A stretch of 57,554 nucleotides of DNA, the filler included, from Sphacelaria rigidula (Eukaryota), in the NCBI GenBank assembly GCA_964200075.2. It is 8 parts of 8 records of this genome, joined end to end, with 100 filler letters (N's around TTAATTAATTAA, not from the genome) between each part and the next. Parts side by side here need not be neighbours in the genome. Positions count along the whole stretch, not along the records: positions 1 to 7,108 come from CAXNAA020016447.1; positions 7,209 to 14,315 come from CAXNAA020016448.1; 6 more parts are not named here. One strand, written 5' to 3'. The notes beneath the pieces are model-generated. The model was not told where the DNA came from. It was given only the letters and a program-made list of their open reading frames with translations, and ran no database searches. Each line of letters opens with the position of its first letter. Position 1 is the first letter of the stretch. A program made the position numbers and the translations under genes. Below are positions 1 through 12,246 of the stretch, in pieces.

Positions 1-559
1 ACATGCGGATATCCGCCCCGCTCCGCTCCGCTCCGCTCCGCTCCGTGAGGTTTCGAAAAAAAAAAATCCGCACCGCGGAGCGGATTGTCCTCCGTACACA
101 TCCCTGGTATTTACCTCCATGCCAAGATGAACATCTATCGGAGACACTCCAGTCAGGCAAATATCCCGTCCGGATGTAGGATTTCGCGTGAAAATCGATG
201 ATGGATATCCATGTCCCAGATGTAGGTTGCTCGTTAGATGCAAGATCATGTCGGTAGAGTACTTGTTTTATACATGCAGTGTGTGACAAAACTGCGGGCG
301 CAGCATGGCACGATCGATCGTTTCACTCGAAGCGGCAGCCATTCCACCGATGTTTTTCTCCAGGGTACCGACTTGGCCACACCTGACCAGCCACAACATC
401 ACATCGCACGTCTCCGATCTACAACCTCCTTAGCGGACGTAAGTAGGTGAACACTGGGTGATGCTAAGCTTTTCATACTTACCGCCGTCTCTAGCTCAAT
501 ATTTTTCTTTCCATACTCGACGTGATACTGCCTAACGCTGCGAGATAGTGACTTGGTTC

Positions 560-960
560 ATCTGGTGAGCATAGGTACCGCCCCCCCAAAAAGAATAAGC
601 CTTTTCATCTCGAGTTCTCAAGATTCCAATAGCCAAGCTTTCGACCTCCGAGTCATTCAAAGTTGTCGTTCGATCAGTTTCCGTCCACTGGATCGATCTC
701 CCAGAACCACAGGGTCTCGTGTCTCGAGAACATCGAGGGAAAACTTGTCGCACAGAAGGGGGTGTTATACCCCGTCATCAGCGGTGTTTCCCGGGCCGAG
801 GCACTGCCGCATTGAGGGCAAGGATGGGTGAGGCAAGCGACTTGGGGATGGCGATATTGCTTCTGATCTCCTTTGCTACGTTCTACAACTTCGCATGGTG
901 AGCAGAGGGGTGTAGATTCCCCCATCGAGTTCGCATGGAATATCGCTACCGTCAGATTCC
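560..960 (-). pseudogene. Possible heavily decayed hAT-like transposase fragment
   Basis: Scattered frameshifted motifs (ACLTHP, LWFWE, LAIGIL) in an order reminiscent of hAT C-termini; weak. Confidence 0.2.
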
Positions 961-1213
961 GTACACGTCTAGGTCGGGCAGGGTCATGCAAGGCACAGGA
1001 GGTAAATCCAGGCGTCGTTTCCAGCAGACAGGCACTGTTTCGGCATGTGTTGTACATTTATCCAACTTATGTTATCAAGATGTCGGAGCCCATTGTATCC
1101 AACCGATTACAGAATATCTCTGACTGGCGGAAGTAGCGTCTATTCCGAGGGACGCTTTGGTTTTTGTCTTGTTTTTTATGTCGGTGGGCCAAACCCCCAT
1201 GTGTCGAACCATA

Positions 1214-2987
1214 CGAGCTGGGCCAGCCTAGAAACGGGTTTTACCCTTAGACCGCGAGGGAAGTCCATCTGCATCGTGCATACATTTTTCAGGTAAAATT
1301 GATGCCGATTCAAGAGATGACCTACTGTCGCCGTCTAACGGTTAAGCTCTCAAAGCAATATCTCATCGACACAGATGAGCTGGGGCGGGATCCGTATGTC
1401 GTATCAATCGTCGAATCAAGGGAACGGTGCCCATCTGCTCAAAAGTTTGGGCCAATATTTTTCGTTGATAAAACCCCATGTCTATAAATAGCAATTCCTA
1501 TACCTAGCGAAGATAGCGTTCATACTAAAATCTATACGAAACCCTGAACGATATATTGAGCGGATGGCGATGATCTTTAGTGTGGACATTCCCTAGAGCA
1601 CGGGGAGACGACCGATACCCTCACCTTCACCTAATTCGTTATTTATCTAGAGATATGGCGCACATAAGATACTAAAATATATATATTTCGAGCAGAGGCA
1701 CTAGATACAATCTGGATATCGCGTCTCAGTTTTTGAGAGTTGTGCTTTGAAATTTTGTCTGGAGAACCGCTAGTGCATGATGAAATTATTATACGCAGCT
1801 TCTTTTTTTTTTCATTTTTTCCCCTTCTAGGGGAGTTTTGAGGAGATATCAACATTGCTCCTGGGCCTCATCTCATTTCTTCAGCTCAATTTCAAGAATC
1901 GTGATTTGAAACTTGGCATGTAAAAGCACAGAGTTATGCCGAATACGAGAATAAAATGGGCCTTCGATTATTTTTTTCGAAGGGGTAGGGCATTCTCGTG
2001 AAAAGTTGGTCTTTACCACACTAAAACGCCCTATACCAGTGAAAATATATATAAAAATCAACTTGGCCAACTGTCTTTTATTACTTATGCCCAAGCGGGA
2101 ACGCACACAAAATTTCAATACACAAACACCAAACGCGGGCCGGTAAGTGACCTGCAAAATATTGTTCCGAATTCCTACCGAACCGGTTTTCAAACGGGCT
2201 ATTCGCCGGCCAATATTCAGAGTTGGAGCCTGGAATTTGGTGTGAGCGAAGAATGAGGCCTTATAAAAAAATTACGTGCGTACCCCAACAAAAAAGAACA
2301 TTTGTTTCATGAGTTAGGGTCGGATGTTATAGCGAACAGATTTTTGGCCAACGGATTGTTCACTTTCGGGATGTTCGATCACTTTTTGACCCCCAAACAG
2401 GGAAAATCGCCAGCACACGTCTCGGATACTTTGCATTACCCCACAGAGAGGCGCCTAGCCTACTCTTCAGTTTCGCTTGGCTCCGACGTTTCGAGATTGG
2501 CCGCTGAACAGTAATTCCTGTGCAGTAAGCTGTGCTTGCCAACATACGGCGGTTTGCCCAATAATCTGTGAAGATCGTAGATTTTATTGCAAACGGATTG
2601 TTGTTCAGCGGCCACTCTCGAAACCTTGGAGCCAAGCGAATCTGGAAAGTGGGGTAGGCTCCTCTTCGTGGGGTGATGCAAAGTGTCCAACACGTGTGTT
2701 GGCGTTTTTCCCTGTTTTGGGTTCCAAACGTGGGTCACACGTCCCAAAAGTGAACAATCCGTGGACCAAAAGTCTGTTTGCCATAATATTCGGCCTAAGG
2801 GCAATAATCAGTTTTCAGGTATCAGTGAAATGCCCCTAACCCATGAAAATAATAACTTTGGGTGCGCAAGTTTTTTTTTTTTTATGCTCTATTCATTATC
2901 CATACCAAATTTTAGGCTTCAACTCTAAATATTGGCCGGCGAATGGGCCTGTAAACTACGAATCCGCCTCCAGGCTGGCCCAGCTCG
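1214..2987. mobile_element. Non-autonomous DNA transposon region with CGAGCTGGGCCAGCCT inverted termini and TA flanks (Tc1/mariner-like)
   Basis: TA-CGAGCTGGGCCAGCCT at 1212-1229 and AGGCTGGCCCAGCTCG-TA at 2972-2989. Additional inverted arms 2190-2290 / 2855-2955. The same terminus occurs at ~7265-7283 and as a ~50-bp two-ended remnant at 13194-13243. Confidence 0.65.
2317..2795. mobile_element. Foldback MITE (~480 bp) nested in the element above
   Basis: About 200-bp inverted arms (e.g. ttcgcttggctccgacgtttcgaga / tctcgaaaccttggagccaagcgaa), TA at both ends. Confidence 0.8.
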
Positions 2988-4137
2988 TATATTAAATGAA
3001 GGCTCTGGCCTGGCCTTGAGCTTCTCAACGCAGAGTCTTTTCGTTTTTTGGGTTGATCCTCTGACCGCCAGGGTGACTATCGCCCTCATTTTTCGAGTGA
3101 TGTTGAGGCCGATTCCATAAATGACCCACTCCAGCAGTCAAGGGGTTGATGGCACCATGAGACGTGAAAACGTATATCTGAACAACAGACATTGGTATTT
3201 TCGCTCTATTCTCGACACCAGCAACGAAAATACGATGGGAACGGCAAGGCGGACTTTTACGGCAGTCACCAATCTCGATTTTGACGCAGATCGGGGAAGC
3301 AAAAATGGGGGACGCATTTGGTGGAGCAAAAATCGAGACCCCGATTTGGAAGATGACGTACGTCTACTGACGTATGATGGTGGGGTAAGAGGCGTTTGGT
3401 ATTTTCGCAACCGCAGCACAAGACAGTCTCGTGACCGCGCAGGGCGTGCCTGCCCGTGCCAGCTGCTGAAGCAGCTTCGCGCTGGGTTTGACAAGCGGGT
3501 ATATAAGTGTTGACGCCGTACCCTGCGATGATGGCAATAATTCATCCTGCACTGCGCTGCCATATGTATCACCATATCGAACGGTACTGTCCTAGTCTGT
3601 TGTCGCTGTACTTGCAGGGTGACCCATGGCACTGCACGACTAACTCTTCTCGCACACTGTTATGCCCGTGAACGAGGGCCCTAGCGACAAAAAATCCGAG
3701 GATAAAAAATAAAACAAAAAATGCGGAGGGATACTGAAGGCGTGATAGACTGGTCGGACCAGTGCCGAACCTCTGCCGAGCAGAACACACGCTCCACCCC
3801 AAGCTACCTAGGTCTAGTATGCAACAGCTGTAATTTTTTCTCCACGTCTTTCTCGAGACAGGGAGCAAACTGGTCTATGGCACTTCACAGCCCCCCGCAC
3901 ACACACACTGAACCTAGCCGGTGTTGGGGGCGGATTTGCTTAGTTCGCCACAGCGGACCCAAAAAGCCCCAGAACGTTAAATGAAACGCGTTTTCAAGTA
4001 CACTTTGGCGGTTTGCAGGGTGCCGCGGCCTCTGCGGCACGCGTGAGGAAAATTCACCCCAACAGTGACTAGTTCTGGTGCGTGTGAAGCGCACGCATCC
4101 AACCGCAGCCCAATCCCCTGCTTGGTTGCCGCGTTAG

Positions 4138-4244
4138 CCATCTTGAAAGATACTGTAGGCACAACGACATACTGCAACAAGAGGAGTACAAGAACAACGC
4201 GAGCAGCAACTTCTATCCTCCTGTTGTTGCAACCCTGTGTACAG
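4138..4244 (+). CDS. Candidate internal exon of an unidentified gene
   Basis: gcgttag|...HLERYCRHNDILQQEEYKNNASSNFYPPVVATLCT...ACAG|gtgtac. Flanked by plus-strand-biased hairpins. No family recognised. Confidence 0.3.
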
Positions 4245-5293
4245 GTGTACACTAACGTCAGTCACAGATTCACTGTAGAATGTGCTATATTCAGAGTAAT
4301 TTTTGTGTGAGCGCGGTCGTCATTTCGAGGTGACGCGTGTACTTGTGATTGACACTGATTGGCTCTCGTAGGTTTCACTTCTTCTGCATACAATTGACTG
4401 CGGTTGGTCGGTATCCATTTGCCCGGTATATAGTGCCCAAACTCGGGCCCCTTTCACGGGCATAACTGTGCACTGTTCTCGCAATACCGACTGTGCCATC
4501 ATCTATTACCACACGCCTTTATCACGTACAGTAATGATGGAGTGTCCTGTACTGTATTACCCTAGGCACGGTGCGACACTGTACTCAAAGGATTATGCAC
4601 CGCCTGCCTGCTCTTCGACTTCACGAGTACGCGATACCACAGTCACGCAGAAAATGGCTGTCTGTGTACGGAACTATTTTACAAATCTGTGAGACCATTA
4701 AATAGTCCTCACGGATCCGAGCTTCGCAACTACGAGTCCCCCCGATTTTGAAGGAATGGAGGGCCTCCACAGGATCGAGATTCGTTCCCAAAGGGGTCGG
4801 TCCAAGGGCAAGAAGCCTGCGAGTAGAATTTTCGGCCATTACATGGTTCGTGCCGCTTATTGTTGTGCCACGCCATCTACAAACCCGAGAAAGTGTAGTG
4901 TCGGTTTCCACCATCCGTCTTCCCTCTGTTTTTTGTGCAAGCGTATTTGCTGTTCTAGAGCCGGTACAAGGCTCTCAACCCGCATGTCGGGCGATGGCAT
5001 CGCAGCACGACACGCTTGAATATAATATGGTAAGATGAAGAAAATAAATTGCCGAGCACTGCTCCCGGCGTACTCACCTACAGCGCTGCAGACCGGGTTC
5101 GTAGTGTATGGATATCGAATTTCGTACGGGAAGTTCTCGGATCCTCGGTCGCTTTTCTTCAAGCCTGTAGAGAGAATTTTCAAAACATTCAGTTGAACTA
5201 GAGCTCTCTAAAGCTTTTTTTTTTTTTATCCCTCCTGACTGATGAGATGTCTAAGGGTTGCACTCTTTTTAACAGAAGTTATTTCCGTCACCA

Positions 5294-5403
5294 TGGCAAG
5301 CACTTGTCGATTTTCAGTTGTCAAACGTCCGTCCCACCACAGCTCAATTGGCAAGCACTTGTCGATTGTCAGTTGTCGAACGTCCGTCCCGCCACAGCTC
5401 AAT
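5294..5403 (+). repeat. Tandem duplication, 2 x ~55 bp
   Basis: ggcaagcacttgtcgatt(t/g)tcagttgtc(a/g)aacgtccgtccc(a/g)ccacagctcaat repeated head to tail. Confidence 0.9.
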
Positions 5404-7108
5404 ACACCCTAGCCACAAGCATCAGAGCTGCCGTGTGCATCATACTCGTTACCCTGGGAGATCATATACACCAACATTCCTGCAGCTCAAAAGCACTACG
5501 CCTGTGCGGAGTGTGTGTTTGTACACTCCCTGCGGCTTGAACCGGCAGTGGACCCCTTGACGGGTTTGGGGACTTCGCAGTACTGGGCGTTCTCAGCCCT
5601 TCATCGCCACCGAGATGCCTCTGTATCGCGGGGTTCCCGGCGCAAATTGGGGCCTAACGTCGTTGAGGCAAATTTTAAGCGAAAATTGACCGTCTTCGAG
5701 TGGGAACCAGCCTTGGCGTGGATTGGGTCCCACCTACTAGAGGGTCAAGGATGCAAGCCGATTGGTTCCCAGCGCCGTTAAGTGCAAGCCCGCCTCAATC
5801 CTTTCACCGCCAGGGCGAATCATCCGTTGAACCAGCGTGATAATCACTTGAAGAAGGCCTGTGAGGCCCAGACGACCTATCCTGGCCGTCAATGGGTTAA
5901 AACGACCCGCCTCAAAATGCGGACACCGCTATGCAGCACTTCTATGATTAGTTATAAAACAACCCAGTGCTCGAGCTGGTTGCTAGAGTATTCTGCTGAA
6001 AACATTTTCGCCGAGGCACACCAGGGGCTATCCACATGCTTCCGCACTCAAAGCACACCAATAGGCACCGAACCCACGTTTGGTCGAGTACAAAGAAGTA
6101 CAGACAGGCCAAATAGATTCTCCAGCCACGAAAGTGATGTTTTCAGACAGCATGATTGTTGGGGCATACCTCGGAGATAAGCATCAATGCGCACACCACA
6201 GCACTCGCATTAATGAGTCTTATATTCCACGTGAGGATAGCGGGCTCGATAGGCAGTCCCTGGTGCGTCGAACGTACTGCGCCCAGTACACACCAACCGC
6301 CAGCTCCAAAGCACCCGCGTGCCTTGCGCTCACAAAAGCAGGGCCGCACGAAAACCCCTGCTTTTCGAAAGCAACGAGGTCGTGTTGAGTGGTTGACATT
6401 CGCTGCGTACACCTCAAGCTGGAAAGTCGCATTATCCGTAATCGCTGCAGATTGAGGCTTTACAGACGGTGCGATCACCCACCCTACACGACTGCAGGGC
6501 TTTGTGAGACTCGGGATGGTTGGTGTGGCCCTCCTGTTATGACTATGATACACGCAGTAGCTCTGGCGCTGTTGACTGCAACGTGGCGAACTCGGGGCGC
6601 TCCATACAGCGGAGTCGTTTTCTTGAATTGACGGGTGATATTTGATACGTCTCTGCTGGAAGATTCGTCTGCTTGCTGGCGTATACTCTGCTCCGCCAAT
6701 TGCGTGATGTTCGACATATCCCTTGCAAAAAATGTCTTGGCCAGAATATTTCGTCGCCGTAGCAGCACAGCGCAGCTGTGAAGGCACTGAAGACTGCGAA
6801 GTATGTGCGCCGTCGCGCGAAGTATGAAAACTATGGATGTAGCTTGGGTGTGCTGTGCTGCACGTTTTGACTTGACAAGCGTGAGGGCAGGTGGATACTC
6901 GTGTTGCTTTCGGCTTGAAATCATGATCTTGCTTCTTACAGGTAGCACCAGGGTGGCGTTCTATCTTGAGGTTATCCTTGTGGCCTGAGCTGCAGACCTT
7001 AGTGCAGACGCGAGCGCCGAAGTAGGTACCGGAATCGTGGCTTTCGGAGGGGTGGGGGGGTGGGGGTGTACTCGGGGGGATGGAGGGCGTACTCATTTGT
7101 TGCTTGCC

Positions 7109-7208
7109 NNNNNNNNNNNNNNNNNNNNNNNNNNNNNNNNNNNNNNNNNNNNTTAATTAATTAANNNNNNNNNNNNNNNNNNNNNNNNNNNNNNNNNNNN
7201 NNNNNNNN
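7109..7208. other. Artificial contig linker N44-TTAATTAATTAA-N44 (also at 14316-14415, 21523-21622, 28730-28829, 35937-36036, 43143-43242, 50349-50448)
   Basis: Identical 100-nt spacer with six-frame stops recurs seven times. The intervening segments are 7108, 7107, 7107, 7107, 7107, 7106, 7106 and 7106 bp, i.e. size-sorted concatenated contigs. Confidence 0.97.
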
Positions 7209-8223
7209 GGGCCCAACTCTAAATGTATAAAAGAGCATGGGCCTGCAAACTTCAAATCCGCCTCTAGGCTGGCCCAGCTCGTAGCCTTGTGTTTTCATGT
7301 GTATACTTTGGCGTATATACTGCAATTTTAGAGTAGATGATGCGGTATCGCTCTTTAACACTTCCGCTCGACCGCACCGGCCCGGATCGTTATAATGAAC
7401 GAGTCTATAGTTCAGTTTTTCTTTCTCGACTTTCATTCCGCGGCAGCGCAGAGACAGGGTGTCTGCATATCTCCAACCGAGAAACATGATGCATGCCATC
7501 TGCCACCATAGATATTCATTAAATCATTGGATAGATGGAATGGTAGGTACCGTAGGTGGAATCAGGGTGGAACAAACGACTAAACTGCATCCACCAGAGC
7601 ACCATAGATGGATCTCGGTGTACTCTATGATCGCCGTTGTCCTTGACTATGACGGCAGTTGATGTTATGTATGAACCGCAAGGCAGAAAACCTGCAGAAC
7701 TCGGCACCGATGCGAAGACACAACCAACGAGTGTTTTTTTTGTAAGCTGCTGGCAGCTGACGACCGACGGGTCTCCCTGTCTAGAAGGGGAAAATGGCAT
7801 TGCCGGTCTGTGTGCATATAATAAAAGTCAATACTTCGTACAGTATATCATTGCTCCCTAGCTGCACGGCACTAGAAGAACTGGGGTATCAATTCCCCGT
7901 TGATTACTATGGAGTACACCGCAAATATCATCACGCTCATATATGTCACCACTATAGATTACCAGGTCAAGAAAACCTTGAATAAATTATGCTATCGCAC
8001 ACCCCGGATCAACATGACCATTATTTGATCATTTGCAATGTGAAGGCGTTTTTGATGACATACGTGATATTACCAAGAGAGAAAGGGGATAAATCATGAT
8101 TGAAGAGCATCTTTCAGTCCAGGATTTTGTTGGCACAAGCTGCAAGTGAACACAACAGCTTTCCAAGCAGCATCACTTCTACCCTTGTTAGCTCTGAGCC
8201 TCAAAAGTAAGACGAAATACACG

Positions 8224-8496
8224 ATGAAGACTGCGTTCGCAGCTTCCGCTCTAGCTATGGTGGCCTCCTCGGAGGCTTTCGTACCACCGACTGCCCAACG
8301 CGCGGCGCTTTCGACGTCGAACTCGCTCGACACCTCGAGGGCATCGACCTCCGTCAAGGCGGCACCGTCTATGGAGTTTGCCGGCGGTCTCATCGGAGCG
8401 GGGGGGCCGGAGCCCAACTCCAAGAACTTTGACCCTCTCGGCTTAGCGGCTGCGAAGCCAGAAAACGTGTTGTTCTACCGTGAGGCAGAAATTAAG
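8224..8496 (+). CDS. LHCR: LHC exon 1 (presequence to FYREAEIK)
   Basis: ATG at 8224; MKTAFAASALAMVASSEAFVP...FDPLGLAAAKPENVLFYREAEIK; donor AAG|gtgtgt. Confidence 0.95.
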
Positions 8497-11400
8497 GTGT
8501 GTGCGTGCGTTCCTCTGTTGCGCTGAAACCTGATTTGGTTGTGCTACGGATGATGCGGCGACACATGTGGTTTCCGTACTGCAACGCGCCCATGAAATCG
8601 TTTTTGTGGAACATTTGACACTTCGTATCTTCCCTCCTTTTCTGGAGGCATGTTCCATGTCTGTGTTGTTTGGGTGCGTCACGCCGCCCCTTTGTTGGTA
8701 TAAAAGATCGGCAGGAGAACTATTCGTGTGTGGGGTCTTGAATGTTTAGAAGGTAATCTCGTTGTAAAGAGCCCGCCGATGGTGGTCGGATCATGTTGGA
8801 GTTGCCATAGATTGGCTTCAAATCAAAAACTGGGAAGAACACATGCTTGAGGTGTTTGTCACTCTCCACCTTCCTGCGAGATAGACACCGTAGGAAACCG
8901 CGTCAGGTTGTCGGTGAAACACCGGAAAATCGCATGAAACTTGAACTGGCATTCGACTCTGTTTAACCTGAGCCAGATGCGGTTGCCAGCTGATGTTTGG
9001 ATCGTTACGGGCCTTCATGCAACCTGTTACGCTTCATTCTCCCCTGAGTGTTTTTTTTTTTCAAGGCAAGATCCGTATGCAATGAAGGAAGTTGAACGTC
9101 GGTTCACGTACTTGTGCTTCGTGCTTCGTTTTTCTCCTGCGCAGGAAGCAAGCGTGGTCCTGTATGGAATGGTTCTTGTTGTACAGCGTTACATGTAGCT
9201 GTAGCAGACAAAAGGGGCTGTTCCATCTCTCCGAGTTCTCGTTGACATGACCGCAAGTAGTAAGTACGTTGCTGAACGACGGTCGAAATGTTGCTTTTCG
9301 TCTGTTAGAGACGCGTGGATTCAACGTATGGAAGGAGATGACGTAAATCACGACACCAATCGCAAATGCCCACGTCAGCCATCAGCGCACTTCTATGTGC
9401 CCGCAGGAAAGCTCCGGTTGTCTGTAGAGTAGGTAGCATCCTACTTGTATCAAGTACATACAAAGGATTGGGCACCAAATTGATTGCTTGAGATGATGCG
9501 TTGGAGAGCAGTGTGTGCGTCTTGCAGCGCAGACATTTTTTTTCCGTCTCAGTTGCCTTTGAAAACTGGTCGCAGCTTGTGCGCGGCGTGTGCCTCCAGA
9601 ATGGATGATGATGTTTCCAGTTAGACATGATATGCTTCGCTCTTCACTTTTGCCGTTGATTCAACACTCGCTGAGTGACAAATGTCGCACCTTTTGCGCC
9701 TGCCTCTCGACTCTCGCAGCACGGGCGCATGGCAATGTTGGGCATTGTCGGTCTGATTGTGCCGGAGTTCGTCCGCGTACCCGGGGAAATCTACCAAGAC
9801 GTTTCCGTCTTGGATGCACACAACGCGATGGTGAGAGAACCGGTATAGTTGATTGTTGTTGGGAAGCTTGCATGGCGCAGGTGTAGTGGTGCGTGTATTC
9901 CAGGTTTTTGTAGACGAGCTACTCGGTCGCTAGAACAGCATCATGGTCCCGCTCATGTTCCTTTTTGTGTTTTCTAAATCCAGTCGGAAGGGTCTCCACC
10001 GTTTCGATTATTGATACATCTGGGGTGGGGGGGGGGGGTAATTTATTTCTTCAATCAATCATGTGCGTGTTCGAGTGTTCCTTGGAGTTTTTTCTTATGC
10101 TTATAGTTAACCATCGGAGCAAGACGCGCCACGTGTTTGATCATGCTCAACTTCTAGTACATATTGTTTCATGCCATAGGTTGGTGCTGAAGCCACAGGT
10201 TCCTTGGCGCTAGGCGCTGTGTGGGCTGAAACGGTGTCTACCGGTATAGCAAAGCCGGCATTTTGTACTACTTGACACTTACAATCCAATGACAGTACAG
10301 GTAGGTCTTCAAACCGGCGCGCAGGCAGCAACGAAGCTTGCCAGCTCTGTAATAAAACTTGCCCCGCTGATGGATCAACGCTCGAAGCAACATAGCTTGC
10401 AAGCACTCTTTGGGATCCGCTATATATGAGGGTACTCGGCCCAACATTGCGGGTCAAAACTCGCGCGACAACTCGGCGTTAAGCTATTCTGGCGCGAACC
10501 GTGGGTTGTACGAAGGACCCTTGCAAAGCTCTCCCTGGCAAGGGTGCAGCGTCCCCGCAGAGAGTCTGATAGTCATGGAGGTGGTCACCATGTCATTCTC
10601 TAACCATCAAGTTACAGCAAGGCCTGCGAGGGTTTGTACTTGAATATTCCAATATTTTCAAGGTTATGTTTGTACTGTAGAGTTCGAGTTTTTGTATACT
10701 CGCGGGTATACAGCCGATAGTTCTGCACGATGTGTGGGAATTGTCCACCCTTGTTTGGGGGAGGGGGGCGGGGGTATACCATCTAGAAATACCCGGGTGC
10801 GGGTAAAGGTTACTACGACGTCCACAACGTACCCAACAGATCTGCTAGTCCTAAGCCGTGCTGTTGCGCCAGCTATCCATGCTAGTATTGACTACCCCTC
10901 TCCCACGAAGGTTTCTTCTCTGGGCATAGTGCAAATGATTTTGATGGTGTGGAACATGACTGGCTTGAGTATAGTACTTACAGTTGGTGTAACTTGGGAA
11001 ACAAATGGTCTGCATATCATTGGAAGATAACAACAGTACGTGATACACAAACACCGGAGGTCTGATGTACGGTCCAAGCGTGTTCGTTCCCACTTCATTC
11101 ATTCACAACGTACGAGTCATTGTCACATTTTGATCACCTGTAACCCGTGCAGTGTGAATTTCCTCCGAGTCTAATCTGTAGGTTTTCCCCTTCTAGTGCT
11201 TCAACTATTTTCTAAGCATGTTTACCCGCGATCGTGATCGACACTCGACGTATCGCATGAATTGTGATCCGTTCGGCGTGTGGATCATTTGCACGAGGGA
11301 TTTTCGATGTGTTTGGACTCTCATTTCCTCGGAGAAGGACGCCGTCGCTCTTGTTTCCCATCTGTAAAGTGCATCAGCCACAAATCCATTTGTTATGTGT

Positions 11401-12246
11401 GTTTCCGGGTTTTTCGGGTGCACCCTGTTTTTTTGCGGCCCTTGACAATGCTTCGTTCATGACTGATGTGTTCGATGAATCCAGGTGGAGAAAGGTCCTA
11501 TGTGGCAACTTCTGTTCTGGATATCCCTCGCGGAGATCCTTCTGTCGCCCACTGTCATCAACATGGACAAAAAGGACCGCGAGCCGGGAGACTTCGGCCT
11601 TGACCCCCTCAACGTCTGCAGGGTAAGAGATGACATTTTGCAGGTCTGCTGAGACACGTCCATCAGCACAGAGACCAAAACGTGAAATTCGCCGCATTTG
11701 TATCAATCCCATCAACGAACGCTGACATTTCATTACGTTGTCTTGGATGTGTTGCAAATATACGCTTGACACGAAATGATGAGGCATTTTGTTGCGTAAT
11801 TGTCCCAAGCGACTGAGGACGTAGCCCAAAATCCCGTCTGTCATGACCTGCGTCGTACTGAAAACGACGCATTTGTCGTGACATGCGCCCCCCCCCGCCC
11901 CCCTCCAACCCGTATTCAGTTCCCTTGAGCTTGTAGGGTGTACATGGCGTGTCTTGCCCATCGGTCACCTGGTTAAGTGATCGATCACCAGGTCGCAGGC
12001 CTACGAGACGTATACCTGTTGCGACAAATCGTAGACAAGGTATGCCACCGCTGACTTGGTGATAACCCCCTTTCCCGCTACGCCTCCGATTCTGGTTTTA
12101 TGTGTCGCCGCACGCTTCAGAGCCCCGAGAAGAAGGAGCGGTACAAACTTTCGGAGCTTAAGAACGGACGCTTGGCGATGATGGCATTCAGCGGTGCCGT
12201 TACGCAAATGGCCATGACCGGCCACGGTTTCCCATTCGTGGGATAA
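8224..12246 (+). CDS. LHCR: Light-harvesting complex protein (fucoxanthin-chlorophyll a/c binding, Lhcr-type), 4 exons, 215 aa, complete
   Basis: Exons 8224-8496, 9720-9830, 11485-11622, 12121-12246, all phase-0 GT-AG introns. Protein has signal peptide plus SEAFVP (ASAFAP-like) motif, FDPLGL, REAEIK/HGRMAML (helix 1), GPMWQLLFWISLAE (helix 2), PGDFGLDPL and ELKNGRLAMMAFSG...HGFPF (helix 3). Subfamily call is from motif recall. Confidence 0.95.
9720..9830 (+). CDS. LHCR: LHC exon 2
   Basis: ctcgcag|HGRMAMLGIVGLIVPEFVRVPGEIYQDVSVLDAHNAM|gtgaga. Confidence 0.95.
11485..11622 (+). CDS. LHCR: LHC exon 3
   Basis: atccag|VEKGPMWQLLFWISLAEILLSPTVINMDKKDREPGDFGLDPLNVCR|gtaaga. Confidence 0.93.
12121..12246 (+). 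CDS. LHCR: LHC exon 4 (terminal)
   Basis: cttcag|SPEKKERYKLSELKNGRLAMMAFSGAVTQMAMTGHGFPFVG-TAA. Confidence 0.95.
   Translation, partial: SPEKKERYKLSELKNGRLAMMAFSGAVTQMAMTGHGFPFVG

Noticed and set aside
6143-7096. Longest ORF in the track (317 aa, minus)
   Set aside because: It starts inside a LINE 3'-end/poly-C tract, has a Ser/His/Thr/Cys-biased composition and no recognisable domain. Probably a chance or antisense ORF in decayed sequence.
7161-7499. ORFs running into X tracts or ending in LIN
   Set aside because: Artefacts of translating the N/TTAATTAATTAA linkers.
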